A stretch of 64,000 bases of DNA, from contig JBGSNU010000035.1 in the NCBI GenBank assembly GCA_041739415.1, forward strand, positions 27,031 to 91,030, read 5' to 3'. Below the pieces are notes generated by a model, which saw only the letters and a program-made list of their open reading frames with translations, was not told where the DNA came from and searched no databases. This document shows, one piece after another, positions 44,197-54,034 of this stretch. The stretch is from Bdellovibrionales bacterium. Lineage in GTDB: Bacteria; Bdellovibrionota; Bdellovibrionia; Bdellovibrionales; UBA1609. Made by a program: the position numbers and the translations under genes. The first letter of the stretch is position 1; the number at the start of each line of letters is the position of its first letter.

Positions 44197-45544
44197 AGTC
44201 TTGATCATCGATGATGAGAAAGCCATCGGCGAAGTGTTAGCGGCCTCACTCCGCGATGACAACTTTGTCGTCGATGTCGCGTATAGCGGACGCCAAGGTC
44301 TCGAAAAGATCCGCGAATTCTCCCCGGACATTGTCCTACAAGACATCTGGATGCCAGGTGAGATGGACGGCCTGCAGGTCCTTGAGGAAGTCAAAAAGGG
44401 TGGTTATCCTGACTGCCAGTTTATTATCATGTCTGGCCATGGAACGATCGAGACGGCCGTGCGAGCCGTTAAAAATGGCGCCTGGGACTTTGTGGAAAAG
44501 CCCTTGTCGATGGATAAAATCTCGATTTTGATCGCCAACATTCTCAGCTTCAAGCGCGAGCAAAGTGAGAAAAACGCCTTGCTCAGTCGACTGAGAAAAA
44601 ATATCGCGCTCATCGGTGAAAGCTCCGTCATGGTGAGTCTCAAACAAATGATCGCGCGGGTAGCGTCGACTCCAGCTTGGGTTTTGATCACTGGCGAAAA
44701 TGGCACCGGCAAAGAGCTGGTGGCGCAGAACATTCATTACTTGAGTCACCGAGCCGGCGGCCCCCTTATTGAAGTCAATTGTGCAGCGATCCCAAAAGAT
44801 TTAATCGAAAGTGAACTCTTCGGTTACGAAAAAGGTGCCTTTACCGGCGCTGACCGAGGCAAAAAAGGTAAGTTTGACCACGCCAATGGCGGAACTTTGT
44901 TTTTGGATGAGATCGGGGACATGAGCCTCGAGGCGCAGGCCAAAGTGCTGCGCATATTGCAAGAGCGCAAGTTCTACCGAGTCGGCGGCGATTCACCTAT
45001 CGAAGTTGACGTGCGAGTTGTAGCTGCAACCAACAAAAATCTAGACGAAGAAATCAAAGCCGGCCGATTTCGTGAGGACCTTTACTACCGGCTCAATGTT
45101 GTGCCGTTAAAGGTGGCGCCACTGCGCCAGCGGCGAGAGGATATTGCGTTGCTCGTGGAGTACTTCGGCGATCAGTTTTTGCGCAACAATGGGTACCGGC
45201 AAAAAACCTTTTCACCCGAAGCTATGGTCAGCATGCAAGCGCATCTCTGGCCGGGCAATGTGCGAGAACTCAGAAACTTTGTGGAGCGGGTGTACATTCT
45301 CACTCCGGGTGACTACGTCGATGTGCATGATCTACGATTTGCGGGTTTAAACGATGTCTCCGAGCAGGTTGAAAACTTAGACGGAGCCATCAATTTTCGT
45401 GCGGCGCGGGCCCGATTTGAGAAGGAATTTATTGAACAAAAGATCTCTGAAAATAACGGCAATATCTCTAAAACTGCAGAGCTCATAGGCCTTGAACGCA
45501 GTTATCTCCATCGCAAAATCAAAACTTACGGCATCGAGGTTTAA
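44180..45544 (+). CDS. Sigma-54-dependent response regulator (NtrX/NtrC family)
   Basis: ATG 44180 (GAGGTGGA upstream) gives the receiver-domain start MISSVKVLIIDDEKAIGE. AAA+ core with GENGTGKE, GAFTGA and LFLDEIGD. C-terminal HTH ISKTAELIGLERSYLHRKIK. The track start at 44105 lies inside ntrY. Confidence 0.9.
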   Translation: MISSVKVLIIDDEKAIGEVLAASLRDDNFVVDVAYSGRQGLEKIREFSPDIVLQDIWMPGEMDGLQVLEEVKKGGYPDCQFIIMSGHGTIETAVRAVKNGAWDFVEKPLSMDKISILIANILSFKREQSEKNALLSRLRKNIALIGESSVMVSLKQMIARVASTPAWVLITGENGTGKELVAQNIHYLSHRAGGPLIEVNCAAIPKDLIESELFGYEKGAFTGADRGKKGKFDHANGGTLFLDEIGDMSLEAQAKVLRILQERKFYRVGGDSPIEVDVRVVAATNKNLDEEIKAGRFREDLYYRLNVVPLKVAPLRQRREDIALLVEYFGDQFLRNNGYRQKTFSPEAMVSMQAHLWPGNVRELRNFVERVYILTPGDYVDVHDLRFAGLNDVSEQVENLDGAINFRAARARFEKEFIEQKISENNGNISKTAELIGLERSYLHRKIKTYGIEV

Positions 45545-45549
45545 CTCAA

Positions 45550-47283
45550 ATGATCTGGTCATCTGGCTATTTGTTCACGCTTAAAGAGGCTCCGACTGAC
45601 GCTGAAATTCCAAGCCATATCTTGATGGTTCGTGGCGGCTACATTCGAAAGCTTGCCCCGGGGATTTTTACCTATGGTCCGCTTTTGCTTCGAGCGATTC
45701 GAAAGTTTGAGGCGATCGTCCGTGACGAGTTGATGGCTCGTGGCGGGCATGAACTGTTGATGCCGATGGTGCAGCCGCGTGAACTGTGGGAAGAAACCGG
45801 TCGTTGGAAAGAAATGGGACAAGGCCTGCAAAAGCTCAAAAATCGCAACGGCCACGATTTTTGCCTAGGTGCCACCCACGAAGAAGTCATCACCGATTTC
45901 GTCCGTAAGGACATCAAGAGTTACCGCGACTTGCCCGTGTCTCTATTCCAAATTCAAACGAAATTTCGGGATGAAATTCGACCCCGCTTCGGACTAATGC
46001 GCGGCCGTGAATTCATTATGAAAGACGCCTACAGTTTCGACGTGGACAAAGCCAGCGCCCAAAAAGCCTACGATGTGATGTTTGAGGCTTATAACGCGAT
46101 CTTCAAGCGTCTGGGCGCGAACTTTAGAGTCGTGCATGCCGACAGCGGCAATATTGGTGGCAACCAGTCCCAAGAGTTTCACCTATTGGCCGACAGTGGT
46201 GAAGACCAACTCCTCGTCAGTGAAGCCAGTGATTTTGCGGCGAACGCTGAGGTCTGCCCGGCTATCGATGCAAATCCAGTCAAAATGCAAGATGAGCTCC
46301 TGCCGCGTGAAGAGTTTGCGACTCCAGGTTTAAAGACCATCGAGGCCCTTTCGCAAGCGCTAAAAATTCCGTCTGAACGTTTAGTGAAAACTATGTTTTT
46401 CTCGGCTAGCGACGAGCCTTCTGGCAAAGCCAATCCCGTGGCGGTTTTGTTAAGGGGATCTGATGAAGTGAACCCAGTGAAACTCAAAAATCATTTCGGT
46501 TTGAGCAATCCACCAGTGCTACTAGCCGACGACGAGGTTCGACGCTTAACTCAAGCGAGCCCCGGAAGCTGTGGTCCCGTCGGCCTCGATATCCCCATAT
46601 TGGTAGACCAAGGAGTGGAAGGCCTGCGCAATTTTATTGTGGGCGCCAACAAAGATGGCTTTCACTTAAAGAACGTCAACATCGGTCGAGACTTCTCAGC
46701 CCAAGCCGTCGTCGATCTTCGCGTGGCTAAAACTGGAGATCTAAGTCCCGATGGCAAAGGTGTTCTCAAAACCGTTCGTGGGATCGAAGTCGGACATATT
46801 TTCTATCTCGGCACCAAGTACTCCACGACCATGCAGGCCAATTTTCTATCTTCCGAAGGCGTTCTTAAGCCCATGGAGATGGGTTGTTATGGCATAGGCA
46901 TATCTCGCACCGTACAAGCCGTGATCGAGCAAAGTCATGACAAAGACGGCATCATTTGGCCGGTCAGCATTGCTCCCTTTCACGTGCATATTTGTTTGCT
47001 CGATCCCGATCAGCCTGAAGCACGCCAACTGGCCCTTGACCTATACGCTAACCTTCGTGGTGTGGGGATTGACGTCCTCGTGGATGATCGGGCAGAGCGT
47101 CCCGGCGTCAAATTCAAAGATGCGGATCTGCTCGGAATGCCTTTGCGCGTGAACATCGGTGCGCGTGGTTTAGCAAATGGCGAAGTCGAACTCATTGAGC
47201 GCCGCAGCCGCAACATTGAAAAGCTACAACCAGGAGCCCTCTTTGCCCGCATTCAATCTTGGTTTAAGGAGCAGTCCACTTGA
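45550..47283 (+). CDS. proS: Proline--tRNA ligase (bacterial type with editing insertion)
   Basis: 577 aa. Class II motifs (FRDEIRPRFGLMRGREFIMKDAYSF; GCYGIGISR). A central insertion domain and a C-terminal anticodon-binding domain are present. Confidence 0.95.
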   Translation: MIWSSGYLFTLKEAPTDAEIPSHILMVRGGYIRKLAPGIFTYGPLLLRAIRKFEAIVRDELMARGGHELLMPMVQPRELWEETGRWKEMGQGLQKLKNRNGHDFCLGATHEEVITDFVRKDIKSYRDLPVSLFQIQTKFRDEIRPRFGLMRGREFIMKDAYSFDVDKASAQKAYDVMFEAYNAIFKRLGANFRVVHADSGNIGGNQSQEFHLLADSGEDQLLVSEASDFAANAEVCPAIDANPVKMQDELLPREEFATPGLKTIEALSQALKIPSERLVKTMFFSASDEPSGKANPVAVLLRGSDEVNPVKLKNHFGLSNPPVLLADDEVRRLTQASPGSCGPVGLDIPILVDQGVEGLRNFIVGANKDGFHLKNVNIGRDFSAQAVVDLRVAKTGDLSPDGKGVLKTVRGIEVGHIFYLGTKYSTTMQANFLSSEGVLKPMEMGCYGIGISRTVQAVIEQSHDKDGIIWPVSIAPFHVHICLLDPDQPEARQLALDLYANLRGVGIDVLVDDRAERPGVKFKDADLLGMPLRVNIGARGLANGEVELIERRSRNIEKLQPGALFARIQSWFKEQST

Positions 47284-47297
47284 GTTCACGCACACAC

Positions 47298-47999
47298 ATG
47301 AACAACCCTTTGTTCGTGGCCCTAGATGTGGACACCGCTGAAGGCGCACTAGAGCTCGCCCGGCAAACTCGCGCCTTCGTCGGTGGCTTTAAAGTGGGGC
47401 CCCGCTTGAGTCTTCGATACGGCGAACCCTTGTTGAAAGAGCTAGCCCGTCACGGCAATTTGTTTGTCGACAATAAGTATTTTGATATTCCAAGCACCAT
47501 GGCAGCCTCTGTGCGCGCCTCCTTTGACGTCGGTGCAACCTACTGCACTGTGCACGCTCAAGCGGGATTAGATGCCCTCAAGCAGATGGCGGAGCTTGAG
47601 TCTGAGCTTAATCAAGTTCGTGCCTTTCGCGTTCTTGCTGTTACGGTTCTCACAAGTTTTCGGCAAGAGCTACTCCCGCCTAATTCACAGTCCATGCCCC
47701 TTGCGGCACAAGTGGTTGCGCTGGCGGAGTTAGCGGTTGAGGCAGGACTCTCCGGGCTCGTTTGCTCTCCAGCTGAAGTCGAAGCCCTTCGACAAAAGTT
47801 TCCCGAGGCTTTTTTGGTCACTCCAGGCGTGCGTTTACCAAATGAAAACAAGGGCGATCAAAGCCGCGTGGATGACCCATGCGCGACCTTAAGGCGTGGA
47901 GCCTCGGCGCTCGTTGTGGGTCGGCCGATCTGCCAGTCACTCGAACCTGCCCATGCGGCGATGTTGTATTATGAAGAAATTCAAAAAGTTAGAATCTAG
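47298..47999 (+). CDS. pyrF: Orotidine 5'-phosphate decarboxylase
   Basis: LFVALDVD and FVDNKYFDIPSTM (catalytic Lys) motifs. The start is either ATG 47298 or TTG 47280 (TTGA overlap with the proS stop). Confidence 0.88.
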   Translation: MNNPLFVALDVDTAEGALELARQTRAFVGGFKVGPRLSLRYGEPLLKELARHGNLFVDNKYFDIPSTMAASVRASFDVGATYCTVHAQAGLDALKQMAELESELNQVRAFRVLAVTVLTSFRQELLPPNSQSMPLAAQVVALAELAVEAGLSGLVCSPAEVEALRQKFPEAFLVTPGVRLPNENKGDQSRVDDPCATLRRGASALVVGRPICQSLEPAHAAMLYYEEIQKVRI

Positions 48000-48837
48000 A
48001 GCTCACAATAAGAATCAAAGTAAAGCTCACCCACGAGTTCCGCGCGGTTCCGCTCCAGTTGGGCTGTCCCGGCGATCTTCGCCTCCTGCATCGGCAGGTC
48101 CCAAAGGGCGCTGTGTGGTTGGCATTCATGCGGTCAACGAGTTGTTGCGAGTTCGACCCCATGCAATCACTCAGCTGTGGTTGCGTGAGGGCTATCAAGA
48201 TCGAGCCGATTTAAAAGAAATCTTCGAATCCGCTCAACGACAAAAGGTTCGCCCTTCGACGCATGCGGTCGGAGCTTTGGATAAAATTACCTCTCATCAT
48301 CAGGGAGTTCTCGCCTTTTCCAGTGAAGAGCCCGAGCTCGATTGGGCAAGCCTAGCTAAGTTAGAAACCTCAACCCTCGTGGCCTTGGATGAAGTCGAGG
48401 ATCCCCACAATCTGGGAGCCGTTTTACGAACGGCCTGGCTCATGGGAGCTCAAGCCGTTTTTACACCGGAGCATCGAGCCGCCGCACTTTCCCCCGCTGT
48501 TTCCAAAGTGGCACAGGGCGCTGTTGAGCATGTGCCTGTGCTGCGCGACTCAGCTCTACCGCAGCAACTAGAAGAGTTAAAGCGGCAAGGGTATTGGATC
48601 TTAGGGTTGGCTCATACCGCCAAACAGCAGATTTATTCCTTTGAAATCCCGCAAAAGGTTGTCTGGGTTTTCGGATCTGAGGCCTCTGGTCTGCGCAAGT
48701 CTGTCTTGGGAGTTTGCGACGATTTGATTGGCATCCCGCAGCTCGTACCTGCGGCGAGCTATAACGTGTCAGTGGCTGCGGCCATAGTTCTAGGCGAGAC
48801 ATTTCGACAACGCACTCAAGCTGTTTCGCGGTCCTGA
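47971..48837 (+). CDS. rlmB: 23S rRNA 2'-O-ribose methyltransferase, SpoU/TrmH family (RlmB-like)
   Basis: SpoU motifs LDEVEDPHNLGAVLRTA, WVFGSEASGL and IPQLVPAASYNVSVAAAIVL. ATG 47971 overlaps the pyrF end by 29 nt and gives a basic ~45-aa N-terminal extension. The track start at 47896 lies deeper inside pyrF. Confidence 0.8.
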   Translation: MKKFKKLESRAHNKNQSKAHPRVPRGSAPVGLSRRSSPPASAGPKGRCVVGIHAVNELLRVRPHAITQLWLREGYQDRADLKEIFESAQRQKVRPSTHAVGALDKITSHHQGVLAFSSEEPELDWASLAKLETSTLVALDEVEDPHNLGAVLRTAWLMGAQAVFTPEHRAAALSPAVSKVAQGAVEHVPVLRDSALPQQLEELKRQGYWILGLAHTAKQQIYSFEIPQKVVWVFGSEASGLRKSVLGVCDDLIGIPQLVPAASYNVSVAAAIVLGETFRQRTQAVSRS

Positions 48838-49045
48838 CCTTTAGATTTGGCAGTCTCAAATCTTTGACGCGATGTCATTTTAGGCCGAATTTGCCGCCGG
48901 TTCTGGCAAGTCCCTGCAAATGCTGAATTTCCCAGGAAATACATTTTGACTGCAAAGATAGTGCTCAAGTAGAAACATGGTTTGCATGTCACCCAAAGCT
49001 TCCGTTTTGCAGCAGTAAGGCAGAATGTGTTTGTGTGAGAGAGAC

Positions 49046-49121
49046 GCTGGTTTAGCTCAATTGGTAGAGCAGCTGATTTGTAATCAGCAGGTTGCGGGTT
49101 CGAGTCCCATAACCAGCTCCA
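49046..49121 (+). tRNA. tRNA-Thr (anticodon UGU)
   Basis: 76 nt. Acceptor GCTGGTT/AACCAGC, anticodon arm GCTGA-TTTGTAA-TCAGC, T-loop TTCGAGT, encoded CCA. One C-A mismatch at T-stem pair 50-64. Confidence 0.9.
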
Positions 49122-49130
49122 GTTTGATTC

Positions 49131-49216
49131 GGACAGGTGCCCGAGTGGCTAAAGGGGACGGACTGTAAATCCGTTGGCTTACGTCTACGTAGGTTCGAAT
49201 CCTACCCTGTCCACCA
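49131..49216 (+). tRNA. tRNA-Tyr (anticodon GUA), long variable arm
   Basis: 86 nt. Acceptor GGACAGG/CCTGTCC, anticodon loop CTGTAAA, long variable arm, T-arm GTAGG-TTCGAAT-CCTAC, encoded CCA. Confidence 0.92.
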
Positions 49217-49248
49217 CTTCAAGCCTGCAATGGTTCGGTAGTGCGCGA

Positions 49249-49325
49249 GCGGGAGTAGCTCAATTGGCTAGAGTATCAGCCTTCCAAGCTGAGGGTTGCG
49301 GGTTCGAGACCCGTCTCCCGCTCCA
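49249..49325 (+). tRNA. tRNA-Gly (anticodon UCC)
   Basis: 77 nt. Acceptor GCGGGAG/CTCCCGC, anticodon arm TCAGC-CTTCCAA-GCTGA, T-arm GCGGG-TTCGAGA-CCCGT, encoded CCA. Confidence 0.92.
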
Positions 49326-49371
49326 ATGTTTGTGTGGGTGTTGTTTTTGAATAATGCTTTGGGCAAATGAG

Positions 49372-49446
49372 GCCCATGTGGCTCAGGGGTAGAGCACACC
49401 CTTGGTAAGGGTGAGGTCGTGAGTTCGAGTCTCACCATGGGCTCCA
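49372..49446 (+). tRNA. tRNA-Thr (anticodon GGU)
   Basis: 75 nt. Acceptor GCCCATG/CATGGGC, anticodon arm CACCC-TTGGTAA-GGGTG, T-arm GTGAG-TTCGAGT-CTCAC, encoded CCA. Same Thr-Tyr-Gly-Thr-tuf order as the classical tufB cluster. Confidence 0.92.
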
Positions 49447-49615
49447 AGTTGGTTCTCGGAAGTTTGAGCAGATGGTGAGTGAAGGCTTCGAAATGGGAGT
49501 TGCGAGCTATGCGAAGCAAAGCCAGCCATGCAGATATAGCAGTTTTAGTTTGTAAACGTTTTTAATAGATACGCTTTTGACTTTAAAATGATATTAAATA
49601 GGAGGACTTCACAAC

Positions 49616-50806
49616 ATGGCTAAGGAAACATTTAAACGGGATAAGCCCCACGTCAACATCGGCACTATCGGTCACGTCGATCACGGTAAAACTACATTGA
49701 CCGCGGCAATCACCAGCGTGTTAGCCAAAAAAGGTGGAGCTAAAGCTTTAGCGTACGATATGATCGATAAAGCTCCTGAAGAAAAAGAGCGTGGAATCAC
49801 GATCTCCACTTCACATGTAGAATACGAGACGGCTAATCGCCACTACGCGCACGTGGATTGTCCTGGTCACGCCGATTACGTCAAGAACATGATCACCGGT
49901 GCAGCTCAGATGGATGGCGCGATTCTTGTTGTATCTGCCGCCGACGGACCCATGCCACAAACTCGCGAGCACATTCTGTTGGCTCGTCAGGTGGGTGTTC
50001 CCGCAGTTGTCGTTTTCATGAACAAAGTGGACATGGTTGACGATAAAGAATTGCTTGAGCTTGTTGAGTTAGAAGTTAGAGAGCTCTTGTCCAAGTATGA
50101 ATTCCCCGGCGACACAATCCCCATAGTTCAAGGTTCCGCTTTGAAGGCGCTTGAGGGCGACACAAGTGAAATCGGCGAAGGCGCTATCATGAAGTTGATG
50201 GATGCTTGTGACAATTACATTCCAGAGCCTCAGCGTGCGACTGACAAACCCTTCTTGATGCCCATCGAAGACGTGTTCTCGATCTCTGGTCGTGGAACAG
50301 TTGTGACTGGTCGTATTGAGCGCGGAATTGTCAAAGTTGGCCAGGAGATCGAAATCGTTGGAATCCGTCCCACTCAAAAGACTACGATCACGGGCATTGA
50401 AATGTTCCGTAAGCTTTTGGATGAAGGTCGCGCCGGTGACAACGCTGGATGTTTGCTCCGTGGAACGAAGAAAGAAGATGTTGAGCGTGGTCAAGTTATC
50501 GCGGCGACAGGCTCTATCAAGCCACACAAAAAGTTCAAATGTGAAGCCTACATCCTGACTAAGGAAGAAGGCGGACGACACACTCCCTTTTTCAACGGCT
50601 ATCGCCCACAGTTTTACTTCCGCACAACGGATGTAACTGGTGTGACAACCCTTAAGGCTGGAACTGAAATGGTTATGCCTGGTGATCGCGTTGAAATGGA
50701 AGTTGAGTTGATTGCTCCCATCGCTATGGAAAAAGAGCTTCGCTTCGCTATTCGCGAAGGTGGCCGTACTGTTGGCGCGGGAGTCGTAACAGCGATTGTT
50801 GAATAG
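49616..50806 (+). CDS. tuf: Elongation factor Tu
   Basis: 396 aa. G motifs [30 protein letters not shown] upstream. Confidence 0.99.
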   Translation: MAKETFKRDKPHVNIGTIGHVDHGKTTLTAAITSVLAKKGGAKALAYDMIDKAPEEKERGITISTSHVEYETANRHYAHVDCPGHADYVKNMITGAAQMDGAILVVSAADGPMPQTREHILLARQVGVPAVVVFMNKVDMVDDKELLELVELEVRELLSKYEFPGDTIPIVQGSALKALEGDTSEIGEGAIMKLMDACDNYIPEPQRATDKPFLMPIEDVFSISGRGTVVTGRIERGIVKVGQEIEIVGIRPTQKTTITGIEMFRKLLDEGRAGDNAGCLLRGTKKEDVERGQVIAATGSIKPHKKFKCEAYILTKEEGGRHTPFFNGYRPQFYFRTTDVTGVTTLKAGTEMVMPGDRVEMEVELIAPIAMEKELRFAIREGGRTVGAGVVTAIVE

Positions 50807-50835
50807 TTGGTTCCCACTAGCGGGATCATGGTGCA

Positions 50836-50866
50836 GAGGGACTCTAAATTTAAGAGTCCCTTTCTC
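50836..50866 (+). terminator. Hairpin/terminator after tuf
   Basis: AGGGACTCT (50837-50845) / AGAGTCCCT (50853-50861): a 9-bp stem followed by TTCTCCGTTTG. Confidence 0.5.
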
Positions 50867-50900
50867 CGTTTGTAAGGGTCGGTTGTTTTGGTTTTTAAGG

Positions 50901-50976
50901 AGGGCAGTAGCTCTAACGGTAGAGCGAACGACTCCAAATCGTTAGGTTGTGGGTTCGAATCCCTCCTGCCCTGCCA
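50901..50976 (+). tRNA. tRNA-Trp (anticodon CCA)
   Basis: 76 nt. Acceptor AGGGCAG/CTGCCCT, anticodon arm AACGA-CTCCAAA-TCGTT, T-loop TTCGAAT, encoded CCA. One U-U mismatch at T-stem pair 50-64. Canonical position between tuf and secE. Confidence 0.9.
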
Positions 50977-51038
50977 GTTTTAGCTGATTCATTTGCGGGT
51001 TAAATCTTAAGTTAGGCCCGAGAGAGTAGATTGAAAGT

Positions 51039-51422
51039 ATGGACGCCGATAAAAATAACGAAAGTATAGTCAGTTTTTCCTTCGTCGTTGCTGGGTTCCT
51101 GGCGTATCTCGTGGCGGGGACAATTTTGGGGCTCTTGGCGCAGACCTTTGGTGCGTTTGCGGCGTTTAGAGGTAGCCCCGGGTTCCAGCATGGAATTCCT
51201 GTGGCGATCGGCTTAATTGCCTTTTTAGCGCTTTTCCTGCGCAAAAAAAGTCGAGATTGGGCTGACGAAGTTGTGACTGAAGTTCGCAAGGTGGTTTGGC
51301 CATCTCGCAAGGACACCACGGCTATGACTACGGTCGTTTGTATTATGGTGATTGTAGCAGGTATCGGTTTTGGAGCATTTGATTTGCTCGCAAATCAGTT
51401 GATTAAACTTATCGTCAATTGA
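51039..51422 (+). CDS. secE: Preprotein translocase subunit SecE (three-TM form)
   Basis: 127 aa. The conserved C-terminal part is VVTEVRKVVWPSRKDTTAMTTVVCIMVIVAGIGFGAFDLL. Two extra N-terminal TM helices. Located upstream of nusG. Confidence 0.88.
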   Translation: MDADKNNESIVSFSFVVAGFLAYLVAGTILGLLAQTFGAFAAFRGSPGFQHGIPVAIGLIAFLALFLRKKSRDWADEVVTEVRKVVWPSRKDTTAMTTVVCIMVIVAGIGFGAFDLLANQLIKLIVN

Positions 51423-51439
51423 GCGAAAGGTAGTGTGTT

Positions 51440-52015
51440 GTGGAAAGTAATCAGACTAGCAAGGACACGGCTGCTAAAGAGGCTGTGCGACTCAAGTGGT
51501 ACATTGTCAACACCCAGACAAGTTGCGAAGCCATTGCCAAGAACTCGATCGTCGAACGCATTCGGTCTCTTCATCTCGAAGATAAATTTGGCGAAATACT
51601 GATTCCCTCTGAGAATGTGGTTGAGTTGGTTAAGGGCAAAAAGGCGACGCGGTCTCGCAAGTTTTTCCCCGGTTACATTTTTGTGCAGATGCTAATGACC
51701 GACGAAACTTGGCATGTGGTGAAGAACGCCTCCAAGGTCACCGGCTTTGTCGGCGGCAAAGTTAAGCCCCCCGAAGTTTCTGAAGAAGAAGTCATGCGCG
51801 TCACCAAACAGATGGCGATTGGAGCTGAAAAGATTCAGCCCAAGGTTAAGTTCGTGGTGGGCGAGAGTGTTACGGTTATCGATGGGCCATTCAGTGGCTT
51901 CAATGGGGCTGTAGAAGAGTTAAATCAGGACAAAGGAAAGGTGAAGGTGCTCGTGAGTATTTTCGGCCGTCCAACACCTGTTGAATTGGATTTTGTTCAA
52001 GTTGAAAAGACTTGA
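51440..52015 (+). CDS. nusG: Transcription termination/antitermination factor NusG
   Basis: 191 aa. GTG start. NGN domain ([12 protein letters not shown]...FPGYIFVQM) and KOW domain ([21 protein letters not shown]). Confidence 0.95.
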   Translation: MESNQTSKDTAAKEAVRLKWYIVNTQTSCEAIAKNSIVERIRSLHLEDKFGEILIPSENVVELVKGKKATRSRKFFPGYIFVQMLMTDETWHVVKNASKVTGFVGGKVKPPEVSEEEVMRVTKQMAIGAEKIQPKVKFVVGESVTVIDGPFSGFNGAVEELNQDKGKVKVLVSIFGRPTPVELDFVQVEKT

Positions 52016-52088
52016 TTGCAAGTCGTTGAAAAGTCCGACATGGTGTCAGACTTTTCCAAGAAACCCAAAACTGTAAGGAGTGGGGATT

Positions 52089-52511
52089 ATGGCTAGAAAA
52101 ATTTCAGGCATGATCAAGCTACAGATTCCGGCAGGGAAGGCCAATCCAGCGCCTCCCGTGGGACCGGCGCTCGGACAGCATGGGGTAAACATCATGGAGT
52201 TCTGTAAGCAGTTTAATGCTCGCACTCAAAAAGAGGGCGACATGATCATTCCGGTGATCATTACTGTTTTTTCGGATCGCTCGTTTACCTTCATCACCAA
52301 GACGCCTCCCGTTTCAATTCTTTTGAAGAAGGCTGCAAAGCTTGAGAGCGGTTCAAAAATGCCGCAAAAGGACAAGGTGGGTAAGGTCACCATGGCCCAG
52401 GTTCAAGAGATTGCTAAACTTAAAATGCCCGATTTGAACTGTACGGAGCTTGAGAGCGCAGTCTCTCAGGTCATCGGCACTTCAAAGAGTATGGGCCTAG
52501 AGCTAAAGTAG
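52089..52511 (+). CDS. rplK: 50S ribosomal protein L11
   Basis: ATG 52089 with AAGGAG 9 nt upstream. [44 protein letters not shown]. The track start at 52080 adds 3 aa. Confidence 0.97.
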   Translation: MARKISGMIKLQIPAGKANPAPPVGPALGQHGVNIMEFCKQFNARTQKEGDMIIPVIITVFSDRSFTFITKTPPVSILLKKAAKLESGSKMPQKDKVGKVTMAQVQEIAKLKMPDLNCTELESAVSQVIGTSKSMGLELK

Positions 52512-52521
52512 GGAGCTGACG

Positions 52522-53226
52522 ATGAAAGCAGGCAAGCGTTTTTCCGCAGCTATCAAGAAAGTTGACCGTAACAGTCGATACAAAGTTCAAGACGGTATGA
52601 AGCTCGTCGTTGAGACTGCAACAGCCAAGTTCGACGAGGCCATTGATGTGGCTGTGATCTTGGGTGTTGATCCCAAGCAGTCCGATCAACAGGTGCGTGG
52701 TGCAGTTGATTTACCCCACGGCGCCGGCAAAACGGTTCGAGTGATAGTGTTTGCAAAGGGTCCAAAAGAAGAAGAAGCCAAAGCCGCCGGCGCGGACTTT
52801 GTTGGCGCAGACGACCTTGTGACGAAAATCAACGGTGGTTGGTTAGATTTCGACAAGGCGATTGCGACGCCCGACATGATGGCCACAGTGGCGAAAGTTG
52901 CAAAAGTGCTCGGTCCAAGAGGTCTCATGCCCAACCCTAAAGTTGGAACAGTGACTATGAATGTGGGCGCTGCAGTTGCCGCTGAGAAAAAGGGTAAGTT
53001 GGATTTTCGAGTGGACAAGTCTGCCATTGTTCACGCGGTGATCGGTCGAAAGAGCATGGGCGCCGACAAACTGAAGGACAACTTCAGTGCCTTCATGGCG
53101 GCTTTGCTCAAGGCGAAACCATCCACTAGCAAAGGCAATTACCTTCGCGGTGTGACGATTTCGTCGACGATGGGTCCTGGAATTCGAATGGATTTGTCTG
53201 ACCTCACCGAAGGTCAGGGCGCTTAA
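52522..53226 (+). CDS. rplA: 50S ribosomal protein L1
   Basis: 234 aa. Typical L1 segments [25 protein letters not shown] and [16 protein letters not shown]. Confidence 0.97.
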   Translation: MKAGKRFSAAIKKVDRNSRYKVQDGMKLVVETATAKFDEAIDVAVILGVDPKQSDQQVRGAVDLPHGAGKTVRVIVFAKGPKEEEAKAAGADFVGADDLVTKINGGWLDFDKAIATPDMMATVAKVAKVLGPRGLMPNPKVGTVTMNVGAAVAAEKKGKLDFRVDKSAIVHAVIGRKSMGADKLKDNFSAFMAALLKAKPSTSKGNYLRGVTISSTMGPGIRMDLSDLTEGQGA

Positions 53227-53457
53227 GTTTTAATTTTTGTATCGCGCGGTCATAGACAGTAGGGGCTCTTAAGTTAAATTTAAGAGCTTAATTGAGGGAT
53301 CTTCTCTCACCCTGCCGAGACAACGAAAAGGTTGATAAGGACTTTGCCTTCTTAGTTTCTCGACTCGCGGTCATCTAACCCGAGATGTTCAATTTCTGAA
53401 CATTTCCACTACAGGCTCCCTCAAAGAGAGCCTAAGAGAAACGAGAAGGAGGTAATC
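53227..53457 (+). promoter_or_regulatory. Structured rplJ leader (candidate L10/L12 autoregulatory leader)
   Basis: 231-nt untranslated gap upstream of rplJ with several perfect hairpins (GCTCTTAA/TTAAGAGC, ATGTTCA/TGAACAT, GGCTC/GAGCC). This position corresponds to the known L10 leader. No covariance model was run. Confidence 0.45.
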
Positions 53458-53994
53458 TTGCCGTTAATAACTAGAGAGGATAAGCAGCGAGAAATCACCG
53501 CTCTTTCCGAACGCTTTGGAAGATCCAAGGCGGCTTTCCTCGTCGATTACAAAGGTATGGACGTGGAAAGTATGGTTAAGTTGCGTAAGCAGCTTAAGCC
53601 CATAAATTCGGAAATGAAGGTGGTTCGTAACACGCTGGCCATCCGGGCTCTATCAGATCATCCTACGCTTAAGCCAATCCTAGAGGCCAACTTGGTGGGC
53701 ACAAATGCCATCGTCTTTGCCTTTGAGGACCCAAGCGCAGCGGCCAAAGCTCTCTCCAAGTTTGGAGCAGATGTTGAGGCTTTTGAACTGAAGTCTGGCG
53801 TAATGGATGGGGCCGGCTTGGATAAAGCTGGAATCAAGTATTTGGCAACTCTGCCGGGCAAAAATGAGCTCCGCGGTCAGTTGTTGGGTGTCTTGGCAGC
53901 TCCGATGACAAAACTTCTTGGAACTATGCAAGCGGTTCCCGGTGGCTTTGTTCGTGTGTTGAACGCCTACAGTGAAACAAAAAAAGAAGCTTAA
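53458..53994 (+). CDS. rplJ: 50S ribosomal protein L10
   Basis: 178 aa. TTG start with GGAGG 6 nt upstream. Typical L10 pattern (FLVDYKGMDVESMVKLRKQLK...MKVVRNTL). Confidence 0.95.
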   Translation: MPLITREDKQREITALSERFGRSKAAFLVDYKGMDVESMVKLRKQLKPINSEMKVVRNTLAIRALSDHPTLKPILEANLVGTNAIVFAFEDPSAAAKALSKFGADVEAFELKSGVMDGAGLDKAGIKYLATLPGKNELRGQLLGVLAAPMTKLLGTMQAVPGGFVRVLNAYSETKKEA

Positions 53995-54034
53995 ATTTTA
54001 ACCCATTTTTAAATGAATTATTTTAGGAGAAAAC

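Noticed and set aside
49046-49121. C-A mismatch at T-stem pair 50-64 of tRNA-Thr(UGU), and a U-U mismatch at the same pair of tRNA-Trp (50901-50976)
   Set aside because: I considered pseudo-tRNAs. However, the acceptor, D and anticodon arms, the T-loops and the encoded CCA are intact, and both genes are in canonical syntenic positions. A single weak pair is tolerated in tRNAs.
49268-49519. 83-aa minus-strand ORF from the track
   Set aside because: It lies entirely over the tRNA-Gly and tRNA-Thr(GGU) genes and their spacers. It has no SD and no protein-like features, so it is an artefact of the tRNA cluster.
53245-53374. 9-nt direct repeat CGCGGTCAT at 53245-53253 and 53366-53374 in the rplJ leader
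   Set aside because: The chance expectation for a 9-mer repeat within a 231-nt region is roughly 0.1, so it is not significant on its own. I could not tie a structural role to it.
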